Source: Candidatus Parvarchaeum sp. (GTDB taxonomy: Archaea; Nanobdellota; Nanobdellia; Parvarchaeales; Parvarchaeaceae). Taken from it: a stretch of 64,000 nucleotides of DNA. The stretch spans positions 26,751 to 90,750 of the forward strand of contig JBMFWF010000002.1 of NCBI GenBank assembly GCA_049965555.1, given 5' to 3'. Positions 36,228 to 46,410 of this stretch are shown here, piece after piece. A program made the translations under genes and the position numbers. Every line of letters starts with the position of its first letter. Positions within the stretch are counted from its first letter, which is position 1. The notes beneath the pieces are model-generated. The model made no database searches and had not been told where the DNA came from. It saw nothing but the letters and a program-made list of their open reading frames with translations.

Positions 36228-37308
36228 TTTCCTTCACCACTAATTCAACCCCTCCTGTTCCTACGGGTATTACTTGATTTGAAAGTATATTGTTTGCAAC
36301 GTATTTAAATGGATCTGATTCATGATAAAGTCCTGCTTCTATAAGGTGTTTTAATGGCACCTCGAATGATGCTCTTGCCAGGACTGAATCAGCTTCTCCA
36401 CTGAGACCGTATCTTCCTATGCCTCTTACTGTACCATCAAGGCACATTGCATCAGCTATTAAGAATATGTGCCTTAGATCAACCGTTAACCCTACATTTT
36501 GAAGAGTTGAATTTACTTCCTCTACTATCAGGTTCCTTGCTGCCTCTATTCCCAATACCTTTGAAACTTCTATTATATCATTTGATATTGTGTTCCTTTG
36601 ATCGACTTCCTCCATTTTAAGCACTTCTGAAAGATTTGTGCCTATGGTTTTAATCCAGTAATTTCCATTTGAATCCTGGTTCAGTATGGCCCTTGAAACG
36701 CCAGGCAAACCTGAAAGGTTTATATCCACTATTTTATTCCTTAACCTTATCAGCTTTTTAACGCTATCTGCCGATTTGTCAACAACTGAAAGATTATCAC
36801 CTTCCAATGCTGTTGATACCTTTAAATTTGAAAGCTTTGCTGCAACATCTTTTGTTGTAAATCCATATTCCTTCAAAAGCTCTTTATCAAGTACGAATTC
36901 TATGGATTTTTTCCTAGGAGATACTGTATAAGAAGAGGTTATGTCTCCTATCTTTATCTCAATCATTCTGTTAGCTATTTCACTTGCCTTTTGCTTGGAT
37001 TTTGCATATTCCTCTTTCAAGTAAATATCCATAAAGGGGGTAGAAATGTCTTTTTTGGAGTCGAATATCTCAACAAGTCTTGGCAAACCCGTTGTAGTAT
37101 TAATCACTGAAAGACCCGCCGCGTGCTTTGTCCTAAGCGTAAGCTGCGTACTTGCTTCACCTATGCTTTGCGCAGCTATAACCCCAACTGCCTCTCCGGG
37201 CGTAACCAAAGACCTTGTATATATTTTTTCAAGTTCTGATAAGTCTGCATTTTCTCCGTATTTTTCCTTAAATGCTAATATGTATTTTTCAGGTATTTCT
37301 ACTTTCAT
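36178..37308 (-). CDS. rpoA2: RNA polymerase subunit A''
   Basis: PGEAVGVIAAQSIGE, GLPRLVEI, LGIEAARN, SVLARASFE, VGTG. Confidence 0.97.
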   Translation of the reverse strand: MKVEIPEKYILAFKEKYGENADLSELEKIYTRSLVTPGEAVGVIAAQSIGEASTQLTLRTKHAAGLSVINTTTGLPRLVEIFDSKKDISTPFMDIYLKEEYAKSKQKASEIANRMIEIKIGDITSSYTVSPRKKSIEFVLDKELLKEYGFTTKDVAAKLSNLKVSTALEGDNLSVVDKSADSVKKLIRLRNKIVDINLSGLPGVSRAILNQDSNGNYWIKTIGTNLSEVLKMEEVDQRNTISNDIIEVSKVLGIEAARNLIVEEVNSTLQNVGLTVDLRHIFLIADAMCLDGTVRGIGRYGLSGEADSVLARASFEVPLKHLIEAGLYHESDPFKYVANNILSNQVIPVGTGGVELVVKENGKGNSEETSGKDKEQ

Positions 37309-39827
37309 AACTTAAGATCCCCCTTGTCGCTTGCTGACACATCAAGCCCGTCCTCTCCGTATTTAAACTGTACTATTGAACTACCTAATCTTACGGATAG
37401 ATCATCTGCTACTTTAAGGTCGCTCAATGCTGATGACAGCCTTCTCTGCATGTAACCAGAGATAGGAGTACGTATAACATTGTCCATTAGCCCTTCCCTG
37501 CTACTTGCAGCGTGAAGGAAGTATTCGACAGGATTTAATCCTTTTCTGTAGTTTGAGACTATAAATCCACGCGCGATTAAGCCATTGTCTCCTTTTTTAA
37601 AGTGAGATGTAAGTCTATCCGAGAATCCATTGCTGATCCTCACATCTCTAAGCATCTGCTGGCCAACAAGCCCAATGGTCGGTATAAGGTTAGTTATGCT
37701 TCCCTTTGCACCAGTTGTTATCATTGCTTCTACGTTGTTGTTCTTTTTGTCTATGTATGCATCTATTATGTTTCTTACCTTTATTCTTATTCTATTGGCT
37801 ATGCTAAGTATCTTTGCTTCAGCTATATCATCATAATCCTTTAAAAGCTCTGCTACGCTATTTTCTCCCTCCTTAACTGCCTTTTCTATCTCAGTGTATG
37901 CTGCTTTTGGAATGTCAAAATCCCTTATGTTAACGCTCATACCCAGATTGAATATTGTCATAAGCCCAAGTTTGTTGGCCTGGTCTATGAATTTTGCTGT
38001 AACTTCAGAGCCGTACCTTACAAACAGGAACTGAAGCAAACTTCCGCTTTCCCTTCCAATTGTTGCCGCATCTATGACTCCTGAAATTAGTTTACCATTT
38101 TTAATCCTTACGATTGAATCGTCATCCTTGGTTATCTTGTATGTACTGCTTTGACTTTCGAAATTAAGGTCTTCTGGCAAAATCATGCTGAACAGTTCCC
38201 TTCCAGTGTATTTCTTTTTCTTTAAATCCATAACTATGCCTATGTTGGAAAGAAGAAACTCGGCGCTTTCTTTTTCAAATTCTGTATCTTTTGAAGTCAA
38301 CAAAGCGCATCCTGAAACGTAATCCTGTGCAGCTCCGATTAATGGCAGACCATGCCTTGGAGAAACAATGTTGTTCTTTATGTTTATTATCATGTCAGCC
38401 TCTGCAAGTGCTTCTTCATTCTGCAGGACGTGTATGTTCATTTCATCTCCGTCGAAATCAGCATTATATGGAAGGGTAGAGGCTGGATTTATGCCTAAAG
38501 TTTTGTAAGGCAAAACTTTTACCCTGTGCCCCATTATTGAAAGCCTGTGTAATGAAGGCTGCCTATTGAAAAGGATTATGTCACCGTCTTTTATGTGTCT
38601 TTCTACTATGTACCCTGGTTTAAGTTCATCTATAATGTTGTCAACTGTCATTTCGGTTATTTTTCTTTTAATATTGTCAGGGGTTATAATGTAATTCGCT
38701 CCTGGATACGAATTAAAGTTTTTAATCGTGGCCTTTAACCTGTCAATGTTTAATTCTGTAACATATTCAGGGTATGTTACTTCCTTGGCTATTTTTATTG
38801 GAACTCCTACCTCATCAAATCTTAAAAAGGAATCTGGAGAGATAACTGACCTAGCGCTGTAATTCACACGTTTGGCAAGTGCTGACCCTCTAAACCTGCC
38901 TTCTTTTCCTTTTATCCTGTCCTCAAGGCTTTTCAGCTTCTTGTTGGATTTCTGCCTTGCAACAGGCACCTGTGCCGACCCATTTGATATGAAAGTTGTT
39001 ATATGGTACTGAAGCAGATCCCAGAGTTCGTCTATTATTATTTCCGGTGCTCCTGACCTTATGTTCTCGGCGAGCCTCTGATTAGTCCTTACTATATCGG
39101 TAAGCTTATGTGTAAGATCATCTTCACTTCTCTGTCCATTCTCTAGTGTAATAGAAGGCCTTATGGTTATAGGAGGTACTGCGAGTATAGAAACCATCAT
39201 CCATTCTGGCCTTGAATAATCAGGATCTAAACCAAAAAACTGCAAGTCAGAATCCTTTATCTTTTCAAGCCTGTTCAACACATCTATTGGAGTAAGTTTC
39301 TGGTCTCCGTCTATAAACGTATATGGTTTCTCAAGCTTCACTTTTCTCTGTTTAGTCTTACAGAACGGACACACTGTTACATTCTTTGCATGCTTTATTA
39401 GCGCTTTGATAAGCTTTATTTTCTTCTTTTGTCCTTCATTTATTTCTGCGGATATGATGTCTTCACTTAGCTTTTTTAGGTGCTCGTCTGATATTAGTAT
39501 CCTGCCGCAAGAATTACATGTTGAATTTATAAGATTATAAACATAAGGAACAGTTTTTACATTGAATACTGGTCTGGCGAGTTCCAGGTGACCGAAGTGT
39601 CCCGGGCAGTCTCTTATTGTGTTCCCGCAGGTTTTACAAGTCAATCCCGGATCAATAACGCCCATTCTCAGATCAGAAAGTCCGCCGTCTACTGGAAAAC
39701 CGTCAATATCATAAAGTTCAGAGGAGGTTATAGCAACTGCGCTCATCTTTTGTATCATTTTAGGGGACATTATCCCAAATTCCAAGGCATCTATCTTACT
39801 AAAAACAAAGTTCGAATCCAATTTCAT
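37305..39827 (-). CDS. rpoA1: RNA polymerase subunit A'
   Basis: CPGHFGHLELARP, FNRQPSLHR, YNADFDGDEMN catalytic motif, SGYMQRRL. Confidence 0.98.
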   Translation of the reverse strand: MKLDSNFVFSKIDALEFGIMSPKMIQKMSAVAITSSELYDIDGFPVDGGLSDLRMGVIDPGLTCKTCGNTIRDCPGHFGHLELARPVFNVKTVPYVYNLINSTCNSCGRILISDEHLKKLSEDIISAEINEGQKKKIKLIKALIKHAKNVTVCPFCKTKQRKVKLEKPYTFIDGDQKLTPIDVLNRLEKIKDSDLQFFGLDPDYSRPEWMMVSILAVPPITIRPSITLENGQRSEDDLTHKLTDIVRTNQRLAENIRSGAPEIIIDELWDLLQYHITTFISNGSAQVPVARQKSNKKLKSLEDRIKGKEGRFRGSALAKRVNYSARSVISPDSFLRFDEVGVPIKIAKEVTYPEYVTELNIDRLKATIKNFNSYPGANYIITPDNIKRKITEMTVDNIIDELKPGYIVERHIKDGDIILFNRQPSLHRLSIMGHRVKVLPYKTLGINPASTLPYNADFDGDEMNIHVLQNEEALAEADMIINIKNNIVSPRHGLPLIGAAQDYVSGCALLTSKDTEFEKESAEFLLSNIGIVMDLKKKKYTGRELFSMILPEDLNFESQSSTYKITKDDDSIVRIKNGKLISGVIDAATIGRESGSLLQFLFVRYGSEVTAKFIDQANKLGLMTIFNLGMSVNIRDFDIPKAAYTEIEKAVKEGENSVAELLKDYDDIAEAKILSIANRIRIKVRNIIDAYIDKKNNNVEAMITTGAKGSITNLIPTIGLVGQQMLRDVRISNGFSDRLTSHFKKGDNGLIARGFIVSNYRKGLNPVEYFLHAASSREGLMDNVIRTPISGYMQRRLSSALSDLKVADDLSVRLGSSIVQFKYGEDGLDVSASDKGDLKL

Positions 39828-41626
39828 ACTTTACTCCCCAAAACCATCTTTGGATATATTCCTACTGATTTTAACTCATCAAGAAGTATCTTGAACGAAA
39901 CTGATACTTCTATTAGCTTTATCTGTGCATCCTCCCCGTCTATAGGACAATATCCTGTCTTCTTTTTTACATTGTAAACTGCGACCATACCGCACTTTGA
40001 GCATACCGGTATTGTAACTTTATCTGAATCGAACCTCTCCTTTAGTGCCAAAGCAGTTCCATATGCTACGAAGCAGTCCTTCTCCATCTCTCCTAACCTA
40101 AGTCCACCGCGCTTTGACTTTCCTTCAGTAGGCTGCCTATTAAGCAATTGTATTGGACCCCTGGCCCTCCACTGTATTTTGTATTCGACTAAGTGCTTCA
40201 ATCTTATATAAGTCATATCTCCAACAAATATCCTTACTTTCATCTCTTCACCGGTTATACCGTTGTACATTGTCTCTACTCCATTCTCTCTAAACCCGTA
40301 TTCCATTAATTCTTTTCTTAGATCCTCTTCCGTTTCACCTGTGAATGGAGTTCCATCAATGTATCTGCCGCCAAGTGCTCCAACCTTTCCGCCTATTAAT
40401 TCAAGTAAGTAAGACATCGACATCCTCGAAGGTATAGAGTAAGGAGAAAATATTAAATCAGGGATTATTCCTGAGTAAGTGAAAGGCATGTCTTCCTGAT
40501 TTAGAAGCATCCCTACGACTCCTTTCTGTCCACTTCTTGGCCCAAATTTGTCTCCTATTTCAACGGGCCTATCCTCTCTTATTTTTAAAGATACATACTT
40601 ATTTCCTTCTGCTGTCGACGTCACAAATACGTTGTCGACTACTCCGCTTTCCCCGGTTCTACATTCAATTGAAGACTCAACTTGCTTCTGTACACCTAAT
40701 CTAAACTTATCTATTGACGAAACGAACCTGGGAGGCGAAATCCTGCCTATAAGAACATCTCCGCCATTGACATGTGAATTTATTGCGGCAATCCCGTCTT
40801 CATCAAGGTATTTATATGAATCCTCTGATCTGTAACCTGCTACATCTTTATCTGGAACTGTTATAACATCACTTTGTCCCCCAACATACTTTATTTCCTC
40901 TACTTTGTAAGGCCTGAAAAACATCGCTCTGAAAAGCCCTCTTTCTACAGAAGACTTGTTTATTATTATTGCGTCGTCCATATTGTAACCAAGATAAGAA
41001 AGTACGGCAACGACTATATTCTGTCCTGAAAGATGGGACTTAAAGTTCTCATTCTCATACATCTCTGTCTTAACTATAGGCATCTGCTGATCAATCGCTA
41101 TCATTGAGTCGTTATCGTGCCTTATAAGATAATTTGTAGTGTACAAACCTACGCCCTGCTGGACGCTTTTAACTGCAGTAACGTTTCTGTGTGCATTACT
41201 GTGATTTATAAAAGGAAGCAATGAAGCTTGGGTACCGAAAACAGAGAGAGGAGTTATCTCCAGGTGGGTATGAGCAGGAGTCAATTCCTCTTCATTTAAC
41301 GCAGTATATGCGAGCTCTTCTTCGTCTGCATCAAGGTATTCTATCTTTCCTTTATCAACTAAATCCTGCCATGTTATATGGCCCTCAGAAAGCAGTTCTA
41401 CGTCTTCCTTCGTAACCATTGGCTTTCCATTTTTAACCACTATAAGCGCCCTGCGCAGCCTTCCACTGTCAGAATTTATCATTACGCTGTCAGTGTCTTT
41501 TCTGTACCTTACATTTATCTCTTTTGGTATCTTGCTTTGCCTTCTGTCCTCTATTATTTCTTTAACAAGCTTGTCTGGATCATCAGTAACTCCTGAAAGC
41601 ACACCATTTACAAATACAAAACTCAT
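39824..41626 (-). CDS. rpoB1: RNA polymerase subunit B'
   Basis: GYNMDDAII, GDKF..R.GQKG, PSRM, RQPTEG...GGLRLGEMEKD. Confidence 0.97.
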   Translation of the reverse strand: MSFVFVNGVLSGVTDDPDKLVKEIIEDRRQSKIPKEINVRYRKDTDSVMINSDSGRLRRALIVVKNGKPMVTKEDVELLSEGHITWQDLVDKGKIEYLDADEEELAYTALNEEELTPAHTHLEITPLSVFGTQASLLPFINHSNAHRNVTAVKSVQQGVGLYTTNYLIRHDNDSMIAIDQQMPIVKTEMYENENFKSHLSGQNIVVAVLSYLGYNMDDAIIINKSSVERGLFRAMFFRPYKVEEIKYVGGQSDVITVPDKDVAGYRSEDSYKYLDEDGIAAINSHVNGGDVLIGRISPPRFVSSIDKFRLGVQKQVESSIECRTGESGVVDNVFVTSTAEGNKYVSLKIREDRPVEIGDKFGPRSGQKGVVGMLLNQEDMPFTYSGIIPDLIFSPYSIPSRMSMSYLLELIGGKVGALGGRYIDGTPFTGETEEDLRKELMEYGFRENGVETMYNGITGEEMKVRIFVGDMTYIRLKHLVEYKIQWRARGPIQLLNRQPTEGKSKRGGLRLGEMEKDCFVAYGTALALKERFDSDKVTIPVCSKCGMVAVYNVKKKTGYCPIDGEDAQIKLIEVSVSFKILLDELKSVGIYPKMVLGSKV

Positions 41627-43101
41627 ATCTTTTTCACCCCGTAGTTCTTCAGCATATCTTTAACTGTTTCTGTGTCTATGCCCTCCTTTGACATCATGGA
41701 TAAAACAGCAAGATTCTTTGTGAGACCTATCTTTGGACCTTCTGGAGTTTCTACTGCACAGAATCTGCCGAACTGAGTCCCATGAAGGTCTCTTGCTCTA
41801 TAATTCTCTCTATTCGAAGTAAGCAATGACTCTACCTTTCTTAAATGCGATATAGTTGATGGAAAGCTTCTTCTGTCCAGGTGCTGAGTTATACCGACTC
41901 TGCCGCCGACCCACTGGCCTGTTGCAAGCGCTGATCTTAATCTGGCAGTCAATTGATCAGAGGTAAATATGTATTTAGGGTCTGGTACTCTGTCTTTTCG
42001 TATCCCTCTTTCAAAATTATATTTAGCATCGTTTAGTATCTGCTTAAATATAAACCTGAAAAGCATGTCTAAGTTGTAGCTTTCAGCATGCAATCTTTTA
42101 TTTGAGTAATGGTCTTTGTCAACCTCCTTTCCTTCTAATGCACTTTTTATCAAAAGGTTTGAAACATACATAAGGTACTCTGCCTTTATCTTTCTAGAGC
42201 TCTTATCCCTTCCTAAAAATGGGAACAAGAGTGAGTCTATGTTCAACTCTGCAGTTTCTTTGGTATGAATCGAATGAAGCATTTTTCCTATAGTGTCTAG
42301 CGCATCATTTTCTGATTCTATGTTAAAAGCAATAAGGTTCATGTCTACGGTGTTTATTATATCTTCATCGTCTTTTCCTATTTTTTTGATTATTTCATTT
42401 TCATTTGTAACTCCCAATGCTTTTATTAACGTAATGATTGGAACCCTTTTTAACTTACCAAAAGTTATATAGAGAAGATTACTACCAGAAATCTGAAGAG
42501 TATGCGGAACTTTTATTGCGTCTGCGTCTGCAAATATCTTTGCGCTAAATTTGAATCCCTCCTGGTTATCTTTAGAAATCAATATATTATTTGGAGCAAG
42601 GTCCTCTGTCGTTATTATTATCCTTTCAGTGCCGTTTATTATGAAATATCCCCCTGGGTCTGTCGGATCTTCTTTTGCTTCAGTCAATTCGCTTGCTGAT
42701 AGCCCGTAAAGATTACAGTATTTCGATTTTACTACAATTGGCATACGGCCTATAAAAACTTCCTCATTTACAATTTCCCTGCCATCCGCTAGATATGAGA
42801 CAGAAAGCATTAAAGGTGCATCATAAGTAAGGTCTCTGATCCTTGCTTCCATTGGATTAATCAATCTTACTATACTGTCTGCCTCTATTATGTCCGGCTT
42901 CCCAATGGTTATCTTATTTATCTTTATCTTAAAATCTTCAACTCCTGCTGGCTTTATAACTGGCTCTATTAAACCCTCTGTTTCTATTATCTTGTTAAGG
43001 CCTTTCTCTATGAAATATTCAAATGAGGATATATGGTGTGCAGCTAAAGCAGTTGAACCTAACGCAGCTCTAAGCAATGCTTGATATGTATTTTTTTCCA
43101 T
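41623..43101 (-). CDS. rpoB2: RNA polymerase subunit B''
   Basis: PMEARIRDLTY, DPGGYFIINGTER, DKDHYSNKR, ETPEGPKIGL.KNL. Confidence 0.97.
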   Translation of the reverse strand: MEKNTYQALLRAALGSTALAAHHISSFEYFIEKGLNKIIETEGLIEPVIKPAGVEDFKIKINKITIGKPDIIEADSIVRLINPMEARIRDLTYDAPLMLSVSYLADGREIVNEEVFIGRMPIVVKSKYCNLYGLSASELTEAKEDPTDPGGYFIINGTERIIITTEDLAPNNILISKDNQEGFKFSAKIFADADAIKVPHTLQISGSNLLYITFGKLKRVPIITLIKALGVTNENEIIKKIGKDDEDIINTVDMNLIAFNIESENDALDTIGKMLHSIHTKETAELNIDSLLFPFLGRDKSSRKIKAEYLMYVSNLLIKSALEGKEVDKDHYSNKRLHAESYNLDMLFRFIFKQILNDAKYNFERGIRKDRVPDPKYIFTSDQLTARLRSALATGQWVGGRVGITQHLDRRSFPSTISHLRKVESLLTSNRENYRARDLHGTQFGRFCAVETPEGPKIGLTKNLAVLSMMSKEGIDTETVKDMLKNYGVKKI

Positions 43102-43102
43102 T

Positions 43103-43336
43103 TTATTTCACCACCAATCTATAATAATTGTACTGGCCAGCAGTCTTGCTGTTGCGCTTTATTTCCAGAACATCTCCTTCCTTTGCATTCAAAAGCTTAA
43201 CTGCAGGATCATTTGATTTTATCTTTGGCAAGTCCTTTATGACAATGTTGTATTTGCTCAGCAGTTTGTCAAGTTCCTCTTTGAGCATAATTCTATATTG
43301 CGGCGATAAACGGCTATTAAATACATCGATATCCAA
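43103..43336 (-). CDS. rpoH: RNA polymerase subunit H (Rpo5)
   Basis: LPKIKSNDP, GDVLEIKRNSKTAG...YRLVV. Confidence 0.95.
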   Translation of the reverse strand: MDIDVFNSRLSPQYRIMLKEELDKLLSKYNIVIKDLPKIKSNDPAVKLLNAKEGDVLEIKRNSKTAGQYNYYRLVVK

Positions 43337-43465
43337 GGGGGGAACCTCTTAAGTATAATTTATAATTCTATTCTATAATACTTCTAGTATTTAAGCTTTT
43401 CTATTACTAAATTATATGCTATCAATTCACATTCACTACTTTAAAAATATGAATATAGACAGAAA

Positions 43466-44230
43466 TTAACTGTTATTTAATGCACTTTTCATATTTTTAT
43501 ATATTGATGACCTTTCTTTAAGATCATTAACATTTTTGTCTGCTATATTAAAAGCAGTATTGCTATAGCTTATAAGCCAGTATGAAAGCAAGATCGAATA
43601 AAATAATGCGGAGTACAGCTCTGGAAGGTGAGCACTGCTAACTATATAAATGAAAGCAAAGAGCAGGACAAGGTATACAACAAATACAAATAATGATTCA
43701 AAACGAATTTCCTTTGCTAGTCTTCTGCTGTTGAGCATTGCAGAGTGCAAAGTTGAGTTTCTGTATGTTGAGAAAAAATTGAAAAACATTAGTGAACTTC
43801 CATAGTATATTCCAGGTATAACTAATGCGATCAAGCCTATAATGGATACAGCTGCTTGGATGAAAGTCGCTATTAAGAACTTTGGAAAAACATGTAATGA
43901 ACTTTTAATAAAGGAGATTAATCTTAAATTGCTCGAAAATATATAGTACAGCTTGTAATAAAACAAAGCAGTCAAAGAAAAAACAATAAACAGGAATGAA
44001 AATACGAAAGTTGTCTCGCCTGCAATTATAGTAGTAGTTGGTGGAGTAAAAATAAAGCCTCCATTCAAAAATGCCCCTAACCCCAGATACTTAAAAATTA
44101 CAAAAAATCCCAAAAAAAAGATAACAAATGTTATCGAAAGAAATGCAAAAAATGAGCTAAGCTCTGACAATGATTTAAGGCCATAAACTAAACTTGACAA
44201 AGATGAACTAAATCTACTTTGCTCTTTCAT
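43466..44230 (-). CDS. Hypothetical multi-pass membrane protein
   Basis: About 5-6 hydrophobic segments; GLIALVIPGIY motif. Confidence 0.7.
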   Translation of the reverse strand: MKEQSRFSSSLSSLVYGLKSLSELSSFFAFLSITFVIFFLGFFVIFKYLGLGAFLNGGFIFTPPTTTIIAGETTFVFSFLFIVFSLTALFYYKLYYIFSSNLRLISFIKSSLHVFPKFLIATFIQAAVSIIGLIALVIPGIYYGSSLMFFNFFSTYRNSTLHSAMLNSRRLAKEIRFESLFVFVVYLVLLFAFIYIVSSAHLPELYSALFYSILLSYWLISYSNTAFNIADKNVNDLKERSSIYKNMKSALNNS

Positions 44231-44239
44231 TATTATTAG

Positions 44240-44920
44240 TTATACAGCATAATTAATATCCTTATCCTGCGGCATTTTAAGCATTCTTTCTGCGTATTTT
44301 GATTTTAGCTTAAAACCACAATATTTGTAGACGGGGCATATGCCACACTTTGGAGAAACGGGCCTGCAAATCTCCCGTCCAAACTTTACAAAAGAATAAT
44401 TTGTTGAAATTCTAAGATTTGCATCAAGAATGCTTTCAAGTACTTCTTCCGTTTTTGATGGTTTTGTGCCAACAGGAACTATGCCCAATCGCTGTGATAT
44501 CCTGTTTACATGGGTATCCACAGCTATATAGGGCAGGTTAAAACCCCACTCTAATACAAGGCTTGCAACCTTTTCTCCAACACCCGGTATCTTCATCAGG
44601 TCCTTTTTATTAGAAGGAACATTTGAATTGAATTCTGTTATAAGAACCTTGCATGCTCTCTTCAAAAGTTTAGCTTTAACTCGGAAGAAACCAACGGGAT
44701 AGATTAAATGTTCTATCTTTTTTGTCGGTAATTTTGCTATTTTTTCAGGGGTATCTGCGATAGCGAGTAGCCTTTTCTGCGCGGGAAAGGTAGTGGTGTC
44801 CTTTGTCCTAGTAGAAAGTATCCCGTGCACAAGTATCTCAAATGGGCTTGCTTTTCTTTCCTTTGTATAGTACTTTTGGCTTATTATTCTTACTGCCTTT
44901 ACAAAATTTTCTTTTTCCAC
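44240..44920 (-). CDS. nth: Endonuclease III (HhH-GPD, Fe-S)
   Basis: IPGVGEKVA HhH, VDTHVNRI, CRPVSPKCGICPVYKYC. Confidence 0.95.
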   Translation of the reverse strand: MEKENFVKAVRIISQKYYTKERKASPFEILVHGILSTRTKDTTTFPAQKRLLAIADTPEKIAKLPTKKIEHLIYPVGFFRVKAKLLKRACKVLITEFNSNVPSNKKDLMKIPGVGEKVASLVLEWGFNLPYIAVDTHVNRISQRLGIVPVGTKPSKTEEVLESILDANLRISTNYSFVKFGREICRPVSPKCGICPVYKYCGFKLKSKYAERMLKMPQDKDINYAV

Positions 44921-45046
44921 AAATTAAAGGGATGGCCTTGCAAATCCCAATATAATTAATCTGCAATTAACACCATAGACTTCCTTCCTACCCTTATCTA
45001 AACTTACAATAATAAATAATTTAAGCACAAAAAGGATAGGGATTAA

Positions 45047-45367
45047 ATGAAATATCAAATAAAAAATGACGGCTTAAAGTATCTTACTGAGAAATATGAC
45101 ATTGATTTTGACAGTATTATAGATAACATACGTGAAAAAAAATACGATAAAATAGCAATACAAATACCCGATGGCTTTAAATTGCATGCACTAGACATAG
45201 CAGACATAATAAGCGAAAATTCAGGGGCAGAAGTATACATCTGGGGGGGAAGCGCCTATGGCGCATGCGACATCCCGATAGGCCTTGGAAAATTCGGAAT
45301 AAAAGCAATTATACAATTTGGACATGCAAGATTCAGAGCTGATGAACTCAGAAGAAGCAGTGATTAA
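45047..45367 (+). CDS. dph2: Diphthamide biosynthesis Dph2, N-terminal domain of a split gene
   Basis: IAIQIPDGFK, YGACD, IIQFGHA; stops immediately after domain 1. Confidence 0.85.
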   Translation: MKYQIKNDGLKYLTEKYDIDFDSIIDNIREKKYDKIAIQIPDGFKLHALDIADIISENSGAEVYIWGGSAYGACDIPIGLGKFGIKAIIQFGHARFRADELRRSSD

Positions 45368-46024
45368 ATGATAACTATTGGTATAGATGAAGCCGGGAGA
45401 GGTCCTTTAATAGGCCCAATGATAATAGCCGGAATAGGCTTTAATGATGAAGTTGCCAAAAAATTCAAACTCATGGGTGTAAAGGACTCAAAGATGCTAA
45501 GCATTAAAAGGATATACCTTTTAGAAAGAGAGATAATTAAAACATCCAATAATTTTAAAGTGATTAAACTATCTGCCGAACAAATAGACAATAGATTTGC
45601 TGACGGAAAGAACTTAAATTATTTAGAACTTGATAACATGGCAGAAATAGCAAACTCGCTTGAAGGACAAACTGTCATAGTTGATTCCCCGAGCAGAAAT
45701 ACGACTAAAATAAGAGAGTATCTGATGAAAAAAATAAAGGATAAGAAGGTAATAGCAGAAAACTATGCAGACAAAAATCACGTTGAGGTGTCTGCTGCGT
45801 CTATAATAGCGAAGGCAAATCGAGAGAGGGAAGTAGAAAAAATAAAAAAGGGGCTTGGTTATGATTTTGGAAGCGGCTATCCCTCAGATCCAAAGACAAT
45901 GCAATTCATAAAGATTATAACCGAAAATGGCAGGATAACACAAGAGCCTTACAAAAGATTCATAAGGAAGACTTGGAGTACTGTCAAATACACAAATTTT
46001 AACACGCTAAACCTTTTTAGCTAA
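45368..46024 (+). CDS. rnhB: Ribonuclease HII
   Basis: GIDEAGRGPLIGPM, VKDSK, VSAASIIAK, GSGYPSDP, C-terminal PIP-box-like TLNLF. Confidence 0.96.
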   Translation: MITIGIDEAGRGPLIGPMIIAGIGFNDEVAKKFKLMGVKDSKMLSIKRIYLLEREIIKTSNNFKVIKLSAEQIDNRFADGKNLNYLELDNMAEIANSLEGQTVIVDSPSRNTTKIREYLMKKIKDKKVIAENYADKNHVEVSAASIIAKANREREVEKIKKGLGYDFGSGYPSDPKTMQFIKIITENGRITQEPYKRFIRKTWSTVKYTNFNTLNLFS

Positions 46025-46408
46025 ACTATCAATAAAGGCCTGAGGCAATTCCGCGGATTTCCAGAGGTTTTTGTCTATGCATATATGTAAAATATATCCC
46101 TCACATATCTGTTCTTCATTGCGCATTATACTAAAATCAAATCTCAATATCTTTTTTGACACTAAACTGACTTTAAGCAGCGTATTAAGTTTGTCGCCAA
46201 GCCTTGCAGACTTAAGATATTTAGCATTTGATTCCAACACGACCATCCACCTATTTTCATCTATAATTGGAAAACTATACCCTTTAGAATTTACGAATTC
46301 CTGCATTGCATCGGTAAAAAACCGGTAGTAACCTGCGTAATGTACAACGCCCTGCGCGTCTGTATCATAGATCTTTACATCTTCATTAAAAGAATAGTCA
46401 TACTCCAT
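46007..46408 (-). CDS. Acyl-CoA thioesterase (4HBT/YbgC hotdog fold)
   Basis: VKIYDTDAQGVVHYAGY, Y..SARLGD. Confidence 0.9.
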   Translation of the reverse strand: MEYDYSFNEDVKIYDTDAQGVVHYAGYYRFFTDAMQEFVNSKGYSFPIIDENRWMVVLESNAKYLKSARLGDKLNTLLKVSLVSKKILRFDFSIMRNEEQICEGYILHICIDKNLWKSAELPQAFIDSLAKKV

Positions 46409-46410
46409 AT

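Noticed and set aside
39824-43101. RpoB encoded as two genes
   Set aside because: The adjacent B''/B' split is common in archaea and not novel.
44925-44995. Slightly GC-richer intergenic stretch with short stems (GGGAT..ATCCC) upstream of nth
   Set aside because: Stems are only 5 bp and I could not match a riboswitch or known ncRNA consensus.
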